Positions 56,301 to 64,000 of a DNA stretch of 64,000 bases are shown piece after piece (position 1 is the first letter of the stretch; each line of letters opens with the position of its first letter). Below the pieces are notes generated by a model. It was not told where the DNA came from. It searched no databases and worked only from the letters and a program-made list of their open reading frames with translations. The translations under genes and the position numbers were made by a program. The stretch comes from Eledone cirrhosa (taxonomy: Eukaryota): the NCBI GenBank assembly GCA_964016885.1, contig OZ024754.1, positions 46,066,001-46,130,000 of the forward strand. Direction: 5' to 3'.

Positions 56301-56640
56301 TATCTGGTACCAACATCGGTGTAATATCAATAATATCTGGTACCAACATAGATGTAATATCAATAATATCTGGGTTAAATATGTTTGTTTTTTAAATATA
56401 CATATTATATATTTCAAAAATTGGCAGCTTAAGAACGACCAAAAATATACAGCTCTAAATTAGTTTCATCTTTTGATGAAGGTATTTTATCCCGAAATAT
56501 TTAAGGACCTATAAAGAACTGCTAGGTAACATTCCAACATTATTGTTATATTTTTAACATTTACTGTCCAATTCACATTGCGGTAACAATCAAACAATTA
56601 ACTCGAAACTCCAGAGTAACAAGACTTACTATTCCGACTT

Positions 56641-56727
<87 letters not shown>

Positions 56728-56768
56728 AGGAGGAAGTTGTAGTTCACTTGAAGCATTGTGTAATGAGG

Positions 56769-57142
56769 TATAAACGTTTGTAGTTGTAAGGCTAAGACAA
56801 TGCAGGTATCGATATAGAATATAAATGCAAATGCAAAAGATATTGTTGACAATTAGTCTTTTACCTTAAATTTATTTAAATATCCTTAATTTTCGAGATA
56901 ATATCTCTTCTTCGGAGGGAAGTAAAGTGGTTAATCCAGTATTCTAATTAGCTAATTAGCTAATTAGAATACTGGATTAACCACTTTACTTCCCTCTGAA
57001 GAAGAGATATTATCTCGAAAATTAAGGATATTTAAATAAATTTAAGGTAAAAGACTAATTGTCAACAATATCTTTTGCATTTGCATTTATATTCTATATC
57101 GATACCTGCATTGTCTTAGCCTTACAACTACAAACGTTTATA
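56769..57142. repeat. 374-bp spacerless palindrome abutting (TA)n
   Basis: Centre ctaattagctaattagctaattag (56955/56956); one mismatch seen (56914/56997). Confidence 0.97.
56993..57027 (+). ncRNA. Minimal hammerhead-like motif within a palindrome arm
   Basis: CCU-CUGAAGA-A-GAGAUAUUAUCUC-GAAA-AU-UA-AGG. The mirror copy on the minus strand has CCGAAGA. Confidence 0.5.
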
Positions 57143-57149
57143 TATATTA

Positions 57150-57238
<89 letters not shown>

Positions 57239-57261
57239 TGTATACATATATATGTATACAT

Positions 57262-57394
<133 letters not shown>

Positions 57395-57427
57395 GTTAAA
57401 AGAATAGAGGTGTAACACACAAGTTAT

Positions 57428-57821
57428 TATATATTGGTAAACGGAATAGAAAATGCTGACAAATTGTTCACAGTTGAAAAATGGTTTAATTAGGAATAAA
57501 AGAGTATTAGTGATTGTATGGGTTAGTATTCAGTTGTGGTTTTAAGTTTTTAAGTTTTTACCGGTTGCGCATTTCTAAATGCTTTTCAAAAATAATTTTG
57601 AGATAGAGTGTCCGTGCTGTTTGCTCAGATCAGAGCAAACAGCACGGACACTCTATCTCAAAATTATTTTTGAAAAGCATTTAGAAATGCGCAACCGGTA
57701 AAAACTTAAAAACTTAAAACCACAACTGAATACTAACCCATACAATCACTAATACTCTTTTATTCCTAATTAAACCATTTTTCAACTGTGAACAATTTGT
57801 CAGCATTTTCTATTCCGTTTA

Positions 57822-57831
<10 letters not shown>
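57428..57831. repeat. 404-bp palindrome abutting (TA)n
   Basis: Centre ttgctc-agatca-gagcaa (57629/57630); the arms otherwise match by eye. Confidence 0.97.
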
Positions 57832-57860
<29 letters not shown>

Positions 57861-58325
57861 CACTCCAACATTATTGGTATATTTTTAATTGATGTGAGGT
57901 GTCAATAAGAGAAAGGAAGTGAACGATCGTATGTGTACGCATATGTGTGTGCGTGTGCATGTGTGTGTGTGTGTGTGAGTGTGTGCGTGGTGTGTGCGTA
58001 TGTGTGAGTGTGGTATATTTGTGTGTGTTTATGTATCTAATGTACGGTGTGAGAAAAAAGACGTTAAAGATTGTACATGTGTGTGTATGTGTGTGTGTGT
58101 ATTATTATTAGTGTTGCATTAATCGGCTTGTAAGAGAATTAAGTGGTGGACAATGGACGTGGCTTCATATAAGTAAAAGGTCAGAATACAGAAATGTTTC
58201 TGTCACCACCTTGACCGCCATCTCTTGACCCAACTGGCTCTAAATACCAATTTATCATTTGGTAAGATTCTGTACAACCGGAGATTTACAGAGAGGCAGA
58301 CAGAAAGATAGACAGATAAGCAGAC

Positions 58326-58415
<90 letters not shown>

Positions 58416-59415
58416 TACCATTATCAATATTACCGCCATCATTATCATATCATCGTCGTCGTCATCATTTGAATTCTGAAAGGAGCAAAAGCTTCGAAAG
58501 CAAATGAATCGGAGGTGCCTAATTGTGGTCGTTCAACTTGCTAGAAATAACAGTTAATATCTTTTTAAATTACACGCTACCGTCTTTCAAGAGGAAGACC
58601 GTCACACAGTAATACTAGTTTGAATACGTCTGAATAACAGTTAGCAGTCATTCTGGTTGTATCATTGGTCTGTTGGATGAAGATTAACCAACAACAACAA
58701 TAACAACAACAGCAACAACAAATGCTGCAGTAGCCTAATTGAAGATCTACTGATAAAATATTTAAGTCACATTGATTTTCGTGTGACTTAAGAACTTTCA
58801 TATGTTTGGTGTTCAATTGCTCGCTAAGAAGTTTCATAAAGTTGACCTTTTGCTTTGAAATCTTTCATAGAATGTGGATTATCTCCCTTATCTTTGGCAA
58901 TGTTTAAACATTGCAATTGTCGGGAACTGACTGGTTAAATTCTTTCTCTGGGTTTCAGGTCTGCTGCCAACAACCGAGGGCGGGGGCGAAGAGAAAGAAT
59001 GGGGTGAGAAAGAGAGAATATATGTGTGTATATGTCCGAGTGTGTATGAGATAGAAGTATGTGTATGTATGAGAGAGAGAGAGAGAGAGAGAGAAGTGTG
59101 TGTATGTGAGAGAGTGATAGATAGAGAAGTGTGTGTGAACATGGCTCTCTCTCTCAGTATTTGTATGTGTATGTGTGTGTTTACATATATATGTGGGGGG
59201 GGGGGGGTGAATGAGGGCAGAATTTATTGAATTGCAAATAAATTCGTTTCACAATCATGAGGATATGATTTCGATCCCAAGGAGTGGAAGAATGAACAGA
59301 TGATATCTATCGTGGCCATTCTAAGCCATGTGAGCAGAACTGACTTACTGAAAATTGTATGGAAACTAATCGGATAGGCTATGGCGGTTAGTGAAAGGAC
59401 CAGACTTGTCTTAAA

Positions 59416-59493
59416 GTCTCGTGTTGATACTGTTGTCTCGTGTTGATACTGTTTATCTCGTGTTCACACTGTTGTCTCGTGTTGATACTGTTT
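59416..59493. repeat. ~19-bp repeat, 4 copies
   Basis: gtctcgtgttgatactgtt. Confidence 0.85.
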
Positions 59494-59649
59494 GTTTAAA
59501 GAAAGAAACAACAATAGATCCTTCCAAACTTATGTGACAAAGGGTGTTCCTTAAAGGGCCAGATAAAGGGCCAGATACGGATGCTATACCGAACAATAAA
59601 TTAGATTTAACACACAAGAACATGAACCTTTTCGCTGATGAACTTCTAG

Positions 59650-59755
59650 AAAGTTTCCGTCTACCAATTTCCAGTTACAAGGTGTTTGTTGGTCCGAGGC
59701 TATAGCAGAAGACATCGCACCGGTCGCCGTCGAGACCTCAGGCGTACTTGGAACC
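59650..59755 (-). mobile_element. SINE fragment, third family (octopus OR/CORE-like)
   Basis: gtttccgtctacca..caagg..ccgaggctatag.agaagaca; family assignment is from memory. Confidence 0.45.
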
Positions 59756-60660
59756 AGTACAGTCGAGCTCCTCCATAAGTTATCAATAAATACCAGAGTA
59801 GGTGGATTTCTGGCATCATGTAACTTGGTCTGGCAATTAAATGTGTGTCATTAATGTGTGTGTGTGTCCATGTGAGTATGTGTATGTGAGTGTGTGTGTA
59901 TGTGTCACTGATGTGTGTGAGTGTGTGTGTTCCACATATGACCACTCCATCATATTTATCAATCAGTACATTATACAATGAACTCTTTCTGGTGATAAAG
60001 TGTGTTTTGAGGAAGGTTTGGCTGTTGTTTCTGTTAGCTTGGACGACTATGATGTCCGGCTACAACATAATCGTGTATCTGTGTGTATATATTTGTATAC
60101 GTGTATTGTAAATGTGTGTGTATGTGTTCGTGTGTATGTGTAATGTAAATGTGTGTTCGTTTGTATGTATGTGTATGTGAGTTTTTGTATGTGAAATGTA
60201 AATGTGTGTATGTATGTGTATATATGTGAACGTATGTGTGTATATGCTTGTGTATATGTGTGTAGGTATGTGTTTATGCATGTGTGTATATGGGTAAGTA
60301 CGTATGTGTGTGTGAGATATATATATATAAATAGAGAGGGGAGAGCGAGAGGGGGAGACAGAGACAGAGAGAGAAGGGGGACGGAGAGAGAGAAGAGAGA
60401 GAGGGGGGATGGAGAGAGAGACAGAGAGAGAAGGAGAGGGAGAGAGAGGGAGAGAGAGAGGGGTGGGAGAGAAACTTCAGGCCATCTCTAAGATTAATAA
60501 TTATCTGGCAGAAAATTTAAACTAAAACTAATTTCACACAGATTAGTGTGTCTAATTGAGCGGTGGGGGGAGTAGGAATGGTGGTGGTGGTTAGAGGGAG
60601 TGGTGGCATGAGAGTGGGTGTCGTCGGTGGTAGCGGAGGTGGTTGTGGTGAGAGGGATAG

Positions 60661-60980
60661 GTCTTCTTCTTCTTCTTCTTCTTCTTCTTCTTCTTCTTCT
60701 TCTTCTTCTTCTTCTTCTTCTTCTTCTTCTTCTTCTTCTTCTTCGTCCACTTATTCCTGAGAGGGTAGTCGGGCAGAGTCTTCAAACACTCTTTCCAGCG
60801 GGTACTGTCAGAAGCAACCATTTCCAAATGATCCGGTTGGATTCCCAAGCGAGACTAGCCAAGGTAATGGATGTTATCCAACCATCTTGCTTAGGGTCTA
60901 CCCCTGAGTCTCCTGCTGGTTCGTTTTGTCCGTAAATCTGTCCAGCGATTATTTCCTGAGACATTCTAACCACATGTCTA
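60661..60980 (-). mobile_element. 3' end of an RTE-clade LINE with (GAA)n tail
   Basis: Degenerate HVVRM...LGI...ASDSTRWKECL C-terminus spread over two frames, followed by (GAA)n at 60661-60744. Confidence 0.7.
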
Positions 60981-61269
60981 TAATATCAGAGCTGTCCTCT
61001 CGAATTGAGAGATAAGTAAATATTAAAATATAAATAAAATGTAGATTAGGGAAGGTCAACGGGAAGCAAGATAAACATTTAAAAAACAAAGAAAAAGTGG
61101 AAAACAATGAAAGCTGTAAAGCATCTCTGTATTAAACTGTTTGCACACGCGTAAGGTAAATATAAGTATACATATATGTGTGTGTGTGTTCAGTAGAGGT
61201 TATTTTGATAAAAACAGGAGCAAACAGGAGAAAGCTCTCTACATTCATAGTTTGTAGTTACAGGCACAA

Positions 61270-61396
61270 CTCATTTTTGCCAGCTGAGTGGACTGAAGCA
61301 ACGTGAAATAAAGTGTCTCGCTCAAGGACAACGCGCCGCCGGGAATCTGACTCACGATTATGAGCCGAATACCCTAACCACAAAACTACGCACCTT
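61270..61396 (-). mobile_element. SINE family B, 5' part
   Basis: gactgaagcaacgtgaaataaagtgtctcgctcaaggacaac..ccctaacca. Confidence 0.75.
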
Positions 61397-61554
61397 CATA
61401 CATACATACGTAACTACATACATACATACATACATACATACGTAACTACATACATACATACATACATACGTAACTACATACATACATACGTGCGTACATA
61501 CATACATACATACATACATACATACATACATACATACATACATACATACATACA

Positions 61555-61583
<29 letters not shown>

Positions 61584-61585
<2 letters not shown>

Positions 61586-62100
61586 GGAAATTAGCTGCCC
61601 AGCAGATGCCAATATAATATCAAAGATTAATGAAAAGGAGAATATTTATGCAGAACTGAGAAATCTGCAGATACTCCACCCTGATTACACCTTCAGATTT
61701 ATGCCTGTGATTGTTGGGGCACTGGGATATGTTAGTAACTGCCTCAATACAAATCTTGAGAAGCTAGGCTTCACAGGAACAGAAAGAACACAACTAGTTA
61801 GGAAACTACAAGTACAATCCATTAATGGAACAGTAAAAATATGTAAAACATTCCAAAAATTGTGCATCTAATAACTGCATATACACATGTACAGATACAA
61901 AGCATATACACATGCACACATACAACTCAAAACATACACATCCACACATACAATAACATCCATATCTACACATGCATACATACATATCTACCTAGTTGAT
62001 GTTGTGTAAATTTCAATGAGAGAGTCTTGTGTCTATGTTAGAAACCGACTCTCTCTCTCTCTATTGGTAAAACTTTGTGAAATTATAAAACCAGAAGAAC
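61584..62100 (+). mobile_element. 3' end of an R4/Dong-like LINE (restriction-like endonuclease C-terminus + 3' UTR)
   Basis: EISCPAD.NI..K..EK...Y..L...PVIVGALG...LG...Q...GT..I is the typical RLE C-terminus of R4/Dong elements. The 5' truncation falls in (CATA)n. Confidence 0.8.
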
Positions 62101-62659
62101 ATACATAGCTACGAAGATAAACGCAGTGACTGTAATATAAAATGAGAAAGAGTTAGATAGAAGGTCAAGAAAAGGCAATGAAGAACCGTTTGAGAGCCAG
62201 AAATATGTACTGGAATCCGACATGCAAACATTAAGCTTTAAGTCCGTAATGGTTGCTATATATCAGTTTAAATAGAATAAAGAGAGAAATAATGTATATG
62301 ATAAAGATAAGAGGAAATGACAGCCAGTCACATGTTGACACCTTAGCATTGAGAATGACTTTGATGGATAGCTGAGCAAAGTTGTGAAATATATTGGTAC
62401 ACCTTAGCAAGGAGTTTACACTTCTGTTTCTCTGTTCTAGCACCTCCTTCTCACACACACACATAGACATACACACACACACACACACACATTTATATAT
62501 ATATGTGTGTGTGTGTGTGCATGTGTGTATATATATACACTCACAAACACTCACATATATACACACACAGTCGCATACACACACTCACAAACACACACAC
62601 ACACATAGACACACACAAACACTCACACAAAGACACACACATACACGCGCATATAAATG

Positions 62660-62716
<57 letters not shown>

Positions 62717-62717
<1 letters not shown>

Positions 62718-64000
62718 TGTGTCTTTATTAGCCACAGGGGCACAAAAGAAGGGGACAAATACAAAGGGGGAAGTTTACATACAATAAAAACGTGTAAAAT
62801 ATCACAAATGCAATTTAAAAAATTAGTCGATTTTCCCCAATAGGGGGAGTCAGTTCATATGGGTAACACATACCCCCGAAAAAATGTGCAACCCTCATCT
62901 CCAGGAGTACGAAGAGTTTGTACTCCCTTCCTCTCCTCCTCCTTTTCCTCAACCTACAGGCTGGTATAGAAAGAAGGCCCATTCACTCGGGCCATTCTCG
63001 CCACTTTCACCCACCTTTCATAAAACTTGCTGGGGTACAGCACCTCTCTCTCCATCCTGATTCTTCTTCTAAAGTGGTATTTGAAAAAGGAATCAGTTGT
63101 TGGCCGGAGAGAAAGGTGTCTGACCTCAGCCCTTTCAACCTTGTCCACCATACAACCTCTTTCGCCATAGCTATCACACAAAGGAAAACCGCCTCTCCTT
63201 CGTTTTTGAAGGAGGGTGGCGGTTTGATCATGACAATGGACTCGGTGGTCAACCAGATTGGTCCCACCCGCGACAATAGTCGTTCTACATAGCCCCACAG
63301 GTCGGTGACGCCCGGGCAGTGTATAAATGCGTGCGCGATGGTTTTTTCGTCTCGCACGCATCTCGGACAGATCTTTTTTGCAGGGTCCCTGCCCGGGCGC
63401 CCATGTCTGTAGGTCTTGTCTCGAACTGGTAGAGCTCCTCGGTAGCACTGCCAGGCCAGGGACTTTTGGAAGTTGTCCATCGGTCCCGGGCGGAAGGTCC
63501 TACCGAACAGACTGGCCAGTTCATCTACCTCTACACCTAGAGTTTCCCCGAGCGCGCCGTCGCACTTGCTGCGGATCAACCCTCTATAGAATGACGAAGT
63601 GGAGTCTCCACTGATCGCCGGGTCCGCCTGCCAGAGGGCTGTGAGCGCCTGAGCACATTCGATGTGCCAGTCGCCCATTTTCCTCGGTCTTTGCTTGACC
63701 CAGGACTGCAGGTCGGTCAGCGAGACGAGTCGTGGGAAGGCTCGCCTCACGAACGGGGCCCACACCGGTTGTCCGGTGAGGAATACGCAGAGATGCCGCA
63801 GCCTGAGCGCGTGTTTGCGCATCGTCAACCACGGCATCCCCAGCCCTCCGTTGGAAGGGTATTGGCAGCAGATGGATCTTCTCACCAAAGGAGCCCGGCT
63901 CTTCCAAAGGAATTGGAAGAGTGCGCGCTCCATTTTGGCGAGCGTTTCCCTTGGGCAAGGCACGATGGTCATGCGGTAGTAGATGACGGACGCTATATAA
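62717..64000 (-). mobile_element. Second Tx1-like copy (3' part of ORF2 + 3' UTR), frameshifted, continues past the window edge
   Basis: ORFs 63007-63972 and 62954-63448 together reproduce the ORF2 C-terminus of the full copy, with a frameshift near 63090. The 3' end is similar and abuts (ATAG)n at 62661-62716. Confidence 0.93.

Noticed and set aside
59635-59660. CTGATGA..GAAA hammerhead-like string
   Set aside because: No stem II or stem I pairing, and it overlaps a SINE end.

Overview
Eukaryotic, AT-rich, extremely microsatellite-dense DNA. The repeat families point to a cephalopod, probably Octopus (inference). No convincing host gene is visible, and most ORF-track entries are translated microsatellites. 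The only intact genes belong to a full-length ~5.7-kb Tx1/L1-group non-LTR retrotransposon (33793-39506, minus strand). It has a zinc-knuckle ORF1 and an APE-RT-CCHC ORF2 and sits inside a (GATA)n microsatellite. A diverged relative at the window end also terminates in (GATA)n, suggesting a (GATA)n-targeting family. A second layer not shown by the ORF track is Penelope-like element (PLE) debris: RT and GIY-YIG relics, three 330-400-bp near-perfect fold-back palindromes abutting (TA)n, and several hammerhead-ribozyme motifs. One hammerhead (51132-51225) has an intact core and an unusually long stem II. Also present are R4/Dong-like and RTE LINE ends, tRNA-derived SINEs, hAT and Tc1/mariner MITEs, and minisatellites. 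All calls were made by eye, and boundaries of degenerate repeats are approximate.
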